DNA of 26,556 nt from a virus (Duplodnaviria > Caudoviricetes), in the IMG/VR virus record IMGVR_UViG_3300017785_003578, positions 1 to 26,556 of that record; one strand, 5' to 3'. Under the pieces are notes generated by a model. The model did not search any database and was not told the origin of the DNA. It saw only the letters and a list, made by a program, of their open reading frames with translations. Position numbers and translations under genes: made by a program. Positions 7,769-17,610 of the stretch are shown in pieces; position 1 is the stretch's first letter, and every line of letters starts with the position of its first letter.

Positions 7769-9986
7769 TGATGACTTAGGCCAATTTCATGAAGACATAC
7801 CTTTATGGCATGACGGTATTTGGACAACGTATAGTTTTCCAAGTAGACTTGATATGGCTACAACTTTAGAAGCAGATTATTTTAAAGAACCTGGGCAGTA
7901 TGACTTTGATGAAATAGTATATGAATTTCAAAAACAAGGTTTAAAGTTTAAAAAGAATGGTTATTTCTGTGATGCTGCAGATGGTACTAAAGATTTTATT
8001 GATTATTGGAATGATCAAAAACTAAAATCTAGAAAAGGTGTTTTGTTTTGGAAAGGTGATAAAAAATATTACTTACCACGAGATTACTATTTTTGGATTA
8101 ACTTTTTACCAATCATTGATAAAGTAAAAAGAAAAACAGATTTTCCAGATATTCATGATGCTCAATATCACATGTCACTTTATGAAGCAATTGGTGAATT
8201 GTTTTATTTACACGGAATAATTTTAAAGAAAAGACAGTTTGGATCTTCATTTTATCATGGAGCTAAACTTGTAAATGTTCTTTGGTTTGAATATGGACCA
8301 GTACTTAAAATTGGTTCTTCATTAAGCGCGTATGTAACCGGTGTAAATGGTACGTGGAAAATGATCAATGAATACAAAAACTTTTTAAATCAAAATACAG
8401 CATGGTATAGACCAATGAATCCAGGCGGTGTTGGTGAGTGGCAACAGAAAATTGAGTATGTTGAAAATGGTAGAAAAACAGAAAGAGGTAGAAAAGGAGT
8501 TCTTCAGGCTTTGTCATTTGAGCAATCAGATACAGCCGGTGTAGGGGGACTTTGTACTTTGTTTTTTTATGAAGAAGCCGGAATTGCTAAATCTATGGAC
8601 AAAACGTATGAGTTCATGCTTCCTGCATTACAAGCTGGTGAAATTACTACAGGATATTTTATTGGATCAGGAACCGTAGGAGATTTAAAACAATGTGAAC
8701 CTTTGCGCAAATATATGTACAAAGCCAAAGGAAATGGATTTTATGAAATTAAAAACAAATGGGCTGATTCAAAAGGAACAGTTCTTACCACAGGGTTGTT
8801 TATTCCAGAACAATGGTCAATGCCACCTTACATTGATGAATTTGGTAATTCAAAAGTAGAAGAAGCATTAGAAGCACTGATTGAGTTAAAGAAGCAGTGG
8901 AAAAAAGATTTAGATCCTGAAACATATCAAATCAGATGTTCTCAGCGACCAACAAATATGGAAGAAGCATTTGCTTTTAGAGGTGAAAGCATTTTTCCAT
9001 TAGAACTTGTTAAATCACATAAAAGAGATATTGAAGAAGGAGATTATCCTTATGCTTGTTATAATTTAGCTTACGACAACAAAGGTGAAATTATTGCATC
9101 ACCAACAACCAAGAAACCTATATTAACCTTTCCTATAGAAAAAAATTCAGAAGATAAATCTGGTGCAATACAAGTATGGGAAGAACCAGATGAGGAAAAA
9201 GATTTTTGCACTACTTACTTTGCATCAGTCGATCCTGTGTCAGAGGGAAAAACAGTAACCTCTGATTCACTTTGTTCTATTCATGTTTACAAAAACCCAG
9301 TACAGGTACAAAGAGTATTAGCAAATGGTGAAGTAGAAACATTCATTGAAGGAGACAAAATAGTATGTGCTTGGACTGGTAGGTATGATGATATTAATAA
9401 AACTCATGAAAGACTTGAGTTAATTATTGAATGGTATCAAGCTTGGACAGTAGTAGAGAACAACGTGCCTCTTTTTATTCAATACATGCAATTTAAACGC
9501 AAGCAAAAGTATTTAGTACCATCATCGCAGATTGTATTTTCTAAAGAGGTACAGCAATCTAAAACTCAATTTCAGCAATATGGCTGGCGAAATGTTTCTA
9601 CTATATTTAAAACAGTAATGTTAAGTTATTTAATTGAGTACCTTAGAGAGGAACTTGATGTAGAAACTGATGAAGATGGAAAGGTCTATAAGAAGCATTA
9701 TGGTATATCTAGAATTCCTGATTACATGGCCATGATTGAGATGGAGCATTATCAACCAGGAGTCAATGTGGATAGATTAATTTCCTTGGGAGCATTAATT
9801 ACATTTGTAAAAATACAAGAAGCAAGCAGAGGTTTAAAGAAAAGAGTTGAATATGATAACGAAGAAGATTTGGAAAAGTCAGAAAATTTGTATAAATTAA
9901 ATAGGAGTCCTTATAGACATCTTGGATCAAGCAGTGAATCTTTAAGTATGAAGAAACCCCGCAATCCATTTAAAAACTTTAGATAA
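7761..9986 (+). CDS. terL: Terminase large subunit
   Basis: Walker A-like LKKRQFGSS, Walker B FFYEEAG, coupling motif GSGTVGD, and RNase H-like nuclease motifs ASVDPV, VVENN and DRLIS. The 741-aa length is typical of crAss-like TerL. Confidence 0.92.
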   Translation: MINDDLGQFHEDIPLWHDGIWTTYSFPSRLDMATTLEADYFKEPGQYDFDEIVYEFQKQGLKFKKNGYFCDAADGTKDFIDYWNDQKLKSRKGVLFWKGDKKYYLPRDYYFWINFLPIIDKVKRKTDFPDIHDAQYHMSLYEAIGELFYLHGIILKKRQFGSSFYHGAKLVNVLWFEYGPVLKIGSSLSAYVTGVNGTWKMINEYKNFLNQNTAWYRPMNPGGVGEWQQKIEYVENGRKTERGRKGVLQALSFEQSDTAGVGGLCTLFFYEEAGIAKSMDKTYEFMLPALQAGEITTGYFIGSGTVGDLKQCEPLRKYMYKAKGNGFYEIKNKWADSKGTVLTTGLFIPEQWSMPPYIDEFGNSKVEEALEALIELKKQWKKDLDPETYQIRCSQRPTNMEEAFAFRGESIFPLELVKSHKRDIEEGDYPYACYNLAYDNKGEIIASPTTKKPILTFPIEKNSEDKSGAIQVWEEPDEEKDFCTTYFASVDPVSEGKTVTSDSLCSIHVYKNPVQVQRVLANGEVETFIEGDKIVCAWTGRYDDINKTHERLELIIEWYQAWTVVENNVPLFIQYMQFKRKQKYLVPSSQIVFSKEVQQSKTQFQQYGWRNVSTIFKTVMLSYLIEYLREELDVETDEDGKVYKKHYGISRIPDYMAMIEMEHYQPGVNVDRLISLGALITFVKIQEASRGLKKRVEYDNEEDLEKSENLYKLNRSPYRHLGSSSESLSMKKPRNPFKNFR

Positions 9987-12721
9987 TGGAAATATTAAAT
10001 GCAATAGACTTAAAAAAGGGCAAGAAAACTAAGAAGAATAGATTTGGTGTATTTACCCAACCTATACAATTTGTTACTGCTCAAGAAAAAGATGACGAGT
10101 GGTCAAAGTGGAATATTGATTGGCTAGAGTGGCAAGGTATTAAGCAGATTGGTTCTAAAGCCAGACGCATAATGAAGAATTACAAACTTGCTAAAGGAGT
10201 AATTGATAAAACAGATTATCTACCAGATGTAGAGAATGAAATGACTGAAATGCTTGAAACCCTTACCGAAGGACAAAATGAAGCATTAGAGTTGAAGTTT
10301 TATCCAATTATTCCTAATTTAGTAAACACCCTTGTATCTGAATTTGCAAAAAGAAATACTAAGGTTGACTATCGCGCAGTAGATGAATATTCATACAATG
10401 AAGTTATGGATAAAAAAACTGAAGCTATAAGTAAAGTTTTAGTTGAGTATGCGCAGCAAAAACTTATTGCTAAAATGGTGGAAATGGGATTAGATCCAAA
10501 CTCACAAGAAGCGCAACAACAATTAAATCCAGAAGCATTAAAAAAACTTCCAGAAATTGAAGATTTTTATTCTAAAAAATATCAAACACTTGCTGAGAAA
10601 TGGGCGGTTAAACAACATGCAATTGATGTAAATCGTTTTAAAATGGATGAACTAGAAGAAACAGCTTTTAGAGATTCCATAGTTACAGACAGTGAGTTTT
10701 GGCATTTTAAAATGCTAGAAGATGATTATGATATTGAATTGTTAAATCCAGCTCTTTCTTTTTATCATAAATCTCCAAATGTACATTATATTTCTCAAGG
10801 TAACTGGGCAGGATGGATTGACATGCTTACAATTGCTGATTGTGTAGATAAGTATGGTTATTTAATGACAGCTGAACAATTAGAATCACTTGAGTTATTG
10901 CACCCTGCACGTTCAGCAAGATACATGATTGATGGTATTCCAAATGATGGTTCATTGTATAATACAGATGATGATTATGAATCCAATAGAAGATCTGGTG
11001 TAGATATGCGTAGACATCTTTCATTTGTAGAAAACGCACATGATCCTCATGATGTTGTATCCTACATTGTTGGACAAAGTGAACATGCGGGAAATTTACA
11101 TACAGTTGAATTATTGCGCGTATCTACATCTTATTGGAAAACTCAAAGAAGAGTTGGTCAGTTAACTAAGATTGATGAAGATGGTGCAGTTGTTACTGAA
11201 ATTGTAGATGAAAACTATGTAGTAACTACAAAACCAATTTACAATAAAGTTTTTGAGAAAAAAGAAACTGCTGACAATTTAATCTTTGGTGATCACATAG
11301 AATGGTTCTGGGTTAATCAAGTGTGGGGTGGGGTTAAGATTGGAAACAACAGAACTATTTTTAACACAGAAACTGATACAGACTTTGATCCAATTTATCT
11401 TGGCATTGATAGACAAAAACCAGGACCATTGAAATTTCAATTCCGTGGAGATAAAACTATGTATGGAGCAAAACTCCCAATTGAAGGAAGAGTGTTCTCT
11501 GATAGAAATACAAAGTCTACATCATTTGTTGATTTGCTAAAGCCCTCACAAATTGGATATAACATTTGCAACAATCAAATTGCAGATATTCTTGTAGATG
11601 AATTAGGATCAGTAATTGTACTAGATCAGAATGCTATTCCAAAACATTCAATGGGTGAAGACTGGGGTAAGAACAATCTTGCAAAAGCTTATGTAGCCAT
11701 GAAAGATTTTTCAATGCTTCCTTTAGATCCATCTATTGCCAATACAGAAAGCGCAACAAACTTTCAACATTACCAAGTTTTAAATCTTGAACAATCAAAC
11801 AGATTAATGTCAAGAATCCAGTTGGCTAATTACTTTAAAGCGCAAGCAATGGAAGTTGTTGGTTTAAACCCTCAACGTATGGGACAACAACTTGGACAAA
11901 TAAATACAGCAACAGGAATTGAACAAGCTATGTCTGGTTCTTATGCTCAAACAGAAACTTATTTTATTCAACACAGTGATCATTTAATGCCGCGTGTGCA
12001 TGCTATGCGAACTGACTTAGCACAATATTATCATTCAAATAAATCATCCATTAGATTGCAAGGAATGATCTCTCCAGATGAAAGAACAAACTTTGAAATC
12101 AATGGTACGGATTTATTGCTTGTAGACTTAAATGTATTTTGTTTGACCAATGCCAATAACAGAAATACACTTGAGCAATTAAAGCAAGTGTTTATGAGCA
12201 ATAATACAACAGGCGCTTCTGTTTATGACTTAGGTGAATTAATGCAATCAGATTCAATTGGTTCATTAAATACTATTCTTAAAGCTATTGAAACCAAGTC
12301 TGAAGAAAGAAGAAAAGAAGAGATGCAAGCTGCACAACAAGCACAAGAGGCAGAAATTGCAGCTAAGAAAGCAGAAAAACAAATGGAGTTTGATCATATA
12401 TCTCGTGAGAAAGAAAAAGACCGCAGATCTAGATTGCTTGAGGCAGAAATTAAAGCTGCTGGTTATGGAGCTATGCAAGATGTCAATAAAAATCAACAAT
12501 CTGATTTCCAAGATGTATTAAAAGATGTTAAGCAATCTGAACAATATGCTGATACCATGAACTTTAACAGAGAGAAAGAATCAAACAAATCAGATTTAGG
12601 TCAACAAAAATTAGATATTGAAAGAGAAAAAATGATGAATGAATCTAGAAACAAACAAATGGAACTAGCTATTGCTAAGGAAAATAAAAACCGATTTGAT
12701 GAGAAAAAACCTAGCAAGTAA
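9986..12721 (+). CDS. Portal protein
   Basis: 911 aa, TAATG-coupled to TerL. Contains NYKLAKGVID, FYPIIPNLVNTLVSE, SFVDLLKPSQIGYNI and VGLNPQRMGQ, plus a long C-terminal coiled coil. Matches crAss-like portal size and synteny. Confidence 0.88.
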   Translation: MEILNAIDLKKGKKTKKNRFGVFTQPIQFVTAQEKDDEWSKWNIDWLEWQGIKQIGSKARRIMKNYKLAKGVIDKTDYLPDVENEMTEMLETLTEGQNEALELKFYPIIPNLVNTLVSEFAKRNTKVDYRAVDEYSYNEVMDKKTEAISKVLVEYAQQKLIAKMVEMGLDPNSQEAQQQLNPEALKKLPEIEDFYSKKYQTLAEKWAVKQHAIDVNRFKMDELEETAFRDSIVTDSEFWHFKMLEDDYDIELLNPALSFYHKSPNVHYISQGNWAGWIDMLTIADCVDKYGYLMTAEQLESLELLHPARSARYMIDGIPNDGSLYNTDDDYESNRRSGVDMRRHLSFVENAHDPHDVVSYIVGQSEHAGNLHTVELLRVSTSYWKTQRRVGQLTKIDEDGAVVTEIVDENYVVTTKPIYNKVFEKKETADNLIFGDHIEWFWVNQVWGGVKIGNNRTIFNTETDTDFDPIYLGIDRQKPGPLKFQFRGDKTMYGAKLPIEGRVFSDRNTKSTSFVDLLKPSQIGYNICNNQIADILVDELGSVIVLDQNAIPKHSMGEDWGKNNLAKAYVAMKDFSMLPLDPSIANTESATNFQHYQVLNLEQSNRLMSRIQLANYFKAQAMEVVGLNPQRMGQQLGQINTATGIEQAMSGSYAQTETYFIQHSDHLMPRVHAMRTDLAQYYHSNKSSIRLQGMISPDERTNFEINGTDLLLVDLNVFCLTNANNRNTLEQLKQVFMSNNTTGASVYDLGELMQSDSIGSLNTILKAIETKSEERRKEEMQAAQQAQEAEIAAKKAEKQMEFDHISREKEKDRRSRLLEAEIKAAGYGAMQDVNKNQQSDFQDVLKDVKQSEQYADTMNFNREKESNKSDLGQQKLDIEREKMMNESRNKQMELAIAKENKNRFDEKKPSK

Positions 12722-12792
12722 AATAATTATATGTTTTAACTATAGTATGGCAAAAACTTTTTAGTTAACCAAAAATAGTTAAACATATATTG

Positions 12793-12822
12793 TTTACAAT
12801 TGAATAAATTTGCTTATATTAT
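12793..12822 (+). promoter_or_regulatory. Putative promoter of the scaffold-MCP operon (TATATTAT -7-like element)
   Basis: TATATTAT at 12815-12822 lies in a 128-nt intergenic region. The same octamer occurs at 1851 and 23008. Confidence 0.5.
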
Positions 12823-12849
12823 TTATAGTCAGAACTAAAACCAACAAAG

Positions 12850-14133
12850 ATGACAGAAGAAGAAAAAGCAGCTCAAGCAGCTGCGCAAAACTCTACTACA
12901 GCGGTAGAAGAGGTTGATTTTGATAACCTAGATGATTTACTTGGAATTCCATCAGCGAGTTCAGTAATTGCTCCTTCGGAAGCTAAACCTACAGTTTTAA
13001 AATCAGATAAAGTTGACATATCGTTCCTAGATGAAATTGGTGATGATGATACAGAGTCATTGAAAGATCCAGAAGTTGCTAAAGCTGCGGTATCTGCAAT
13101 CGTTGATCAACCTTTGAATAACAATGAGGAGGATGATGATTCAGAGGATACTGCGCAAGTAAACAAAGGTGGAAGACCTAAGTTAACCAAAGATGCAATG
13201 ATTGAAGCTGCAACAAGGTTAATTGATAAAGGTGTACTTCAACCATTTGATGACGGAAAAGCTTTGGCTGATTATACTGTTGATGATTTTGAAGAATTGA
13301 TTCAAGCAAACATTGACTCACAAACAAGTGAAGTTGCACAGAACGCACCAGTTCAATTGTTTCAACAATTACCTGAAGAAGTTCAAGCAGTTATTCACTA
13401 TGCATTAAATGGTGGTCAAGACATTAAATCAGTATTTAGTCAATTAGCACGAGCACAAGAAACATTTGATTTAGATATTTCTAATGAACAAGATCAAGAG
13501 AGTATTGCAAGACAATACTTAAATCTTACTGGATTTGGTTCTACTGAAGAAATTGAAGATGAAGTAAATGTACTTAAAGATCGCGGTGACTTAGCAAAAT
13601 ATGCTGAAAGGTATAAACCAAAGTTAGATGCAAGACAAGCTGAAGTAATTGAAAAAAGATTAAAAGATCAGCAAGCAGCTCAAGCTCGTAAAAATGACAT
13701 GGAGAAAAAATACCATGATGTTGTTTACAGTACTTTAAACAACAATAACTTAAATGGTATTCCATTAAATAACAAAGTTCAAACTATGTTATACTATGGT
13801 CTTACAGATGCTACTAAGTATCAAGATGCAAAAGGTAATCCTACAAATGCATTAGGATACTTACTTGAACAACATCAGTTTGGAGAGAAAGCAAATCCTT
13901 CATTGGTTGCTGAAGCATTATGGTTACTAGCTGATCCGGTTAATTACCGTAACTCAGTGAAACAACTTGGGGCTAATGTGGCAAATGCAAGTACAGTAAG
14001 AGCTTTAAGAACAGAAGAAGCTTCAAGAAACGCATCATCAACTGGAATCGGGGAACAAAACACAAATGCTAGTAGAGTGTCTGCTAAAAGAGAGCCAATT
14101 AAAAGGCAGGGCAGATCACTATTTTCTAGATAA
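12850..14133 (+). CDS. Putative capsid scaffolding/assembly protein
   Basis: Highly acidic, low-complexity N-terminus, a helical core and a basic C-terminal tip. Located between portal and MCP. Confidence 0.65.
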   Translation: MTEEEKAAQAAAQNSTTAVEEVDFDNLDDLLGIPSASSVIAPSEAKPTVLKSDKVDISFLDEIGDDDTESLKDPEVAKAAVSAIVDQPLNNNEEDDDSEDTAQVNKGGRPKLTKDAMIEAATRLIDKGVLQPFDDGKALADYTVDDFEELIQANIDSQTSEVAQNAPVQLFQQLPEEVQAVIHYALNGGQDIKSVFSQLARAQETFDLDISNEQDQESIARQYLNLTGFGSTEEIEDEVNVLKDRGDLAKYAERYKPKLDARQAEVIEKRLKDQQAAQARKNDMEKKYHDVVYSTLNNNNLNGIPLNNKVQTMLYYGLTDATKYQDAKGNPTNALGYLLEQHQFGEKANPSLVAEALWLLADPVNYRNSVKQLGANVANASTVRALRTEEASRNASSTGIGEQNTNASRVSAKREPIKRQGRSLFSR

Positions 14134-14164
14134 TTAAATAGTAAACAATAAAACAAATATAAAA

Positions 14165-15781
14165 ATGAGTACACCAGTTTTAAATAATGGGATGTTCCTT
14201 CGGGACAACTATTACACAGCAAGCTCTCATGTGGATTCTTACCACTTGATGAATTTGATGAAAGATGCGCAACCAGATGATTTGGGACCAATTGAACTTT
14301 GGGCACAAGTTAAAAAGTTGGAGATGCCTTTATATCAAATGTCTTCTTTTAGTGGAAAGAATGTTATTGAGGTAAACCACCCTCGTGGTGAATACAAGTG
14401 GTCAACACCTGTATCTGAAGAACTTCCTTTCATTATGGAAGATCTTGATCCAACTAATACTGTAAAAGGTATTGATGGTACTCCGTTCAGAATTAAATTG
14501 AACAAGCGCGTATTTGGACATGGTGACATCATCACTTATGACAAATTCAATGGAAAAGAACTTTATGTTACAGATGAGGACATCTTAGACATGGGTGATG
14601 GTTATATCTATACAGTGCAAATGCCGAACAATGATTCAGCTGCAACTTTTGATAACCGTTTCTTGACAAACAACACTTACTTCTTCCGTGTAGGTTCTGC
14701 GCGTGGTGAGTATGGTGAGCGTTACTCAGATCTTTCTATGACTCACACAACTCGTGAGTTTTACAACTATGTTGGTAATGCAGATGCACACGTTCACTAT
14801 ACAATTTCATCTAAAGTGAAATTGATGGAGAAAGGTGGTATGCAAGCTGATGGTTCAATTCCTGTAACTGAAATTTGGAAAAACTTTGATACGTCAATGG
14901 ATCCATCTATCAATACATTAGAAGGAATGGTTGCTGCTAAAGGACAAGGTTATGTTAAAAAAGCAATGGACAATGGAAACTTAGTTCGTTCTTTCATCAC
15001 TAAGTTAGAAGCTGCTCACCTTTCTAAAATTGCTTATGATATTGAAACTTACCTTATGTGGGGTAAAGGTGGACGTATTAAGCAAGATGGTCCAGATGAT
15101 CTTCGTTTGTCTGTGGGTCTTTGGAAACAATTAGACTTGTCTTACAAGCATGTTTACAACAAATCTGATTTCCGTCTTGACATCTTCCGTTCTGAGATCT
15201 TTAACTTCTACAATGGTAAAGTTGACTTCCAAGGACCAGATCCAAAACGTGAGTTGATTGTTCAAACAGGTATGGGTGGTATGCGCATTATCAATGAAGC
15301 AATTAAGCGTGAAGCTTTTGCATCAGGATTGGTATTAAATGCAAAAGAATTGGATGCTATTAAAGGTTCAGGAATGGACTTGTCTTACGGCTTCTCTTTC
15401 ACAAGCTACACTATTCCATTCTTGGCTAATGTGAAGTTTGTATTGAATCCAGCATTTGATAACTTACAAAACAATGAGATTGAAAACCCAATCATTGATG
15501 GTTTCCGTTTATCTTCTTACTCATTTATCATCTTTGATATTACTGAGAATGGTCAAGATAACATCAAACTATTGAAATGTGCTTGGAACAAAGATCTTGT
15601 TTGGAGATATGTAAATGGTTCTATGGACTATATGGGACGTACTCAAGGGTTCGCTTCATCTGGTAACTTCAATGGATACCAAATTTATATGACTCAAGCG
15701 ATGCCAGCAATCAAAGTAGAAGATCCTACTAAAGTGTTGAAAATCGTTATGAGAAACCCTATCACAGGAGGATCTTTATAA
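14165..15781 (+). CDS. Major capsid protein (crAss-like)
   Basis: 538 aa with TerL-portal-scaffold-MCP synteny. Strong high-expression codon bias (CGT, TTC, AAC, ATC), motifs such as YKWS, LMWGKGG, GLWKQL and VQTGMGG, and a following terminator. Confidence 0.88.
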   Translation: MSTPVLNNGMFLRDNYYTASSHVDSYHLMNLMKDAQPDDLGPIELWAQVKKLEMPLYQMSSFSGKNVIEVNHPRGEYKWSTPVSEELPFIMEDLDPTNTVKGIDGTPFRIKLNKRVFGHGDIITYDKFNGKELYVTDEDILDMGDGYIYTVQMPNNDSAATFDNRFLTNNTYFFRVGSARGEYGERYSDLSMTHTTREFYNYVGNADAHVHYTISSKVKLMEKGGMQADGSIPVTEIWKNFDTSMDPSINTLEGMVAAKGQGYVKKAMDNGNLVRSFITKLEAAHLSKIAYDIETYLMWGKGGRIKQDGPDDLRLSVGLWKQLDLSYKHVYNKSDFRLDIFRSEIFNFYNGKVDFQGPDPKRELIVQTGMGGMRIINEAIKREAFASGLVLNAKELDAIKGSGMDLSYGFSFTSYTIPFLANVKFVLNPAFDNLQNNEIENPIIDGFRLSSYSFIIFDITENGQDNIKLLKCAWNKDLVWRYVNGSMDYMGRTQGFASSGNFNGYQIYMTQAMPAIKVEDPTKVLKIVMRNPITGGSL

Positions 15782-15797
15782 TCCTACTGCTACTATT

Positions 15798-15838
15798 AAA
15801 AGGGAGGTGGATGCCATGCAACCTCCTCCCTTTTTTTT
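15798..15838 (+). terminator. Rho-independent terminator after MCP
   Basis: GGGAGG(15802-07) pairs with CCTCCC(15825-30), the stem is extended by GG/CC and TGC/GCA, and T8 follows. Confidence 0.85.
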
Positions 15839-15840
15839 AT

Positions 15841-15848
15841 TATATTTG
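15841..15848 (+). promoter_or_regulatory. Bacteroidota -7 element TATATTTG restarting transcription after the MCP terminator
   Basis: Exact TAnnTTTG 29 nt before the ATG at 15878. Confidence 0.6.
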
Positions 15849-15877
15849 TCAGTCATTAATATTAAACCAACAAAAAA

Positions 15878-16870
15878 ATGAGCACAAAATTAGAACACAT
15901 GGGAAAGGTAACAATTAAACCTTTCACAGATCCAAATCAAGAGAACATGGGACTTGAAAAATACAATTATGTTGTATTTCCTAATACATTCCAAGTAGAA
16001 TCTCTTGCTGCCGTTGAACAAAATGGCAAAATGCGTTATTTAACAGGTCTTAATGAGTTTGCACCAGAGGTAAAACAAATTAAAGACTCTGCAAAAAAAT
16101 CTGCTGTAGTTAAAGACATCAGAGAAACAGTTGCTTTGCTTGAAAGAGAAAGAGCGTTTAACCAAATTGATCCAGAGGATAAAGATTTTTGGAGCAAGGT
16201 TGAACTATTTAAACCAGACAATTCAGAAATCTGGGGGAAAGTATTTTTAAAATTAGGCAATGATGATATTGTTTTGGATCCAAAAGAAAACTTGGATCAT
16301 CTCATTATTGTTAAAGCTATTGAGAGTGGAGGATTTTCTTTGGTAGCTTCAAATTTTGAAGAGGCTAAAAGGTCTAAAGCAAAATGGTATCTTGATAGAT
16401 TGATTGATACTGTAGCAACAAGTGTAAGTATTACTAAGTTGAAAAATAAAGCAGGAGCAATACTAGAACAATTATCTGAAGAGAACCCAAGAAAGTTGTT
16501 TTATATTGCTAAGAACATTGATGGCAACAGCGCTCAGTATTCTAATAAAACTTTACCTGGAGTTATTTATAACAACTTAGATACTTATATTAATGGTAAA
16601 GGGTTTGATAATAACTTGAAGCGTTGTGCTACAACCTTTATTGAAAGTTCAGAAATGAGCATTGAAGATTTAAAAATCAAAGCGATTATTAAAGATGCAA
16701 GTTTCTATAAATACATTATTGTAAAACCTGACGGTATGCTACATGAAGCTTCACAAAATGTGATGCTTGGTAGAAATGTTTCTGATATTTTGGAGTATTT
16801 AAAAAATCCAACTAATGATGACATGTTGGATCTTTTGATGGCTAAAGTTGAAGATATTTGGAGTAAGTAA
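15878..16870 (+). CDS. Conserved post-MCP protein of the crAss-like capsid module, function unknown
   Basis: 330-aa ORF directly after MCP. It ends in LGRNVSDILEYLKNPTN, a C-terminal pattern I recognise from such proteins. Assigned mainly by synteny. Confidence 0.65.
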   Translation: MSTKLEHMGKVTIKPFTDPNQENMGLEKYNYVVFPNTFQVESLAAVEQNGKMRYLTGLNEFAPEVKQIKDSAKKSAVVKDIRETVALLERERAFNQIDPEDKDFWSKVELFKPDNSEIWGKVFLKLGNDDIVLDPKENLDHLIIVKAIESGGFSLVASNFEEAKRSKAKWYLDRLIDTVATSVSITKLKNKAGAILEQLSEENPRKLFYIAKNIDGNSAQYSNKTLPGVIYNNLDTYINGKGFDNNLKRCATTFIESSEMSIEDLKIKAIIKDASFYKYIIVKPDGMLHEASQNVMLGRNVSDILEYLKNPTNDDMLDLLMAKVEDIWSK

Positions 16871-16888
16871 CTTTTAAATTTAAATACA

Positions 16889-17140
16889 ATGGCAACAATG
16901 AAAATGGTAATGAAGGATGGAAAAAGTGTTCCGGCTTTCGCTGCAGATGGAAAAGGCAAAATGAGAAATGGCGGTAAGGTAAAAAAATATGGAAATGGTG
17001 GTAAAACATCAGGAGTAGATAAATCTACAACAAATACCACAAAAGGCGAAATGATGAAAATGTCAAAAGGTGGAAAAGTTACAAAAAAAGCTATGCCTAA
17101 AAAAGCAATGGGTGGTAAGATGAACGGTAAAGCTTGTTAA
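16889..17140 (+). CDS. Small basic K/M/G-rich protein with repeated xxxGGK motifs
   Basis: 83 aa, about 20 Lys. Contains KMRNGGK, KYGNGGK, KMSKGGK and KKAMGGK. Confidence 0.75.
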   Translation: MATMKMVMKDGKSVPAFAADGKGKMRNGGKVKKYGNGGKTSGVDKSTTNTTKGEMMKMSKGGKVTKKAMPKKAMGGKMNGKAC

Positions 17141-17144
17141 GAAC

Positions 17145-17342
17145 ATGGCTGCGTCAAAACCTACTAAAAGTAAAGTAAACCAGGCTGGTGTATACACTAA
17201 GCCTGGTATGCGTGAAACTATATTTAAAAGAATCAAAGCTGGTAGTAAAGGTGGAGATCCTGGAGAATGGTCAGCACGTAAAGCACAACTAATGGCTAAG
17301 GAATACAAAGCTAAAGGTGGTGGTTATAAAACTAAGAAGTAA
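17145..17342 (+). CDS. Small basic protein resembling the N-terminal half of DUF5872
   Basis: YTKPGMRETIFKRIKAGSKGGDPGEWSARKAQLMAKEYKAKGGGY. Family assignment is from memory. Confidence 0.7.
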   Translation: MAASKPTKSKVNQAGVYTKPGMRETIFKRIKAGSKGGDPGEWSARKAQLMAKEYKAKGGGYKTKK

Positions 17343-17608
17343 TGGCAAAAGATCCTCAACAAAGTCTTAGGGATTGGGGTGCACAAAAGTGGATGACCTC
17401 TGGAACTGCGGCTAATAAAAAGAAAGGATCTTCCAAGGAAGTTAAGTCCAAGGGCAAGAAAAGATACTTGCCCGAGGCTGCTTGGTCAGCATTATCTTCA
17501 GGAGAAAAAGCTGCTACAAATAAAGCAAAAGCTAAAGGTAACAGCAAAGGAAAACAATTTGTTAAACAACCGAAAGGTATAGCTAAAAAAGCATCAAAAT
17601 TTAGATAG
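17342..17608 (+). CDS. Small basic protein resembling the C-terminal half of DUF5872
   Basis: QQSLRDWGAQKWMT...KRYLPEAAWSALSSGEKAATNKAKAKG...GKQFVKQP. TAATG-coupled to the upstream ORF. Confidence 0.7.
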   Translation: MAKDPQQSLRDWGAQKWMTSGTAANKKKGSSKEVKSKGKKRYLPEAAWSALSSGEKAATNKAKAKGNSKGKQFVKQPKGIAKKASKFR

Positions 17609-17610
17609 CT

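Noticed and set aside
12722-12849. tRNA or structured ncRNA in the longest intergenic gap
   Set aside because: Very AT-rich with no cloverleaf or T-loop motif. Better explained as a promoter/operator region.
7761-15781. Introns or inteins in TerL, portal or MCP
   Set aside because: The ORFs are continuous and of expected size, with no intein C...HN or LAGLIDADG motifs seen.
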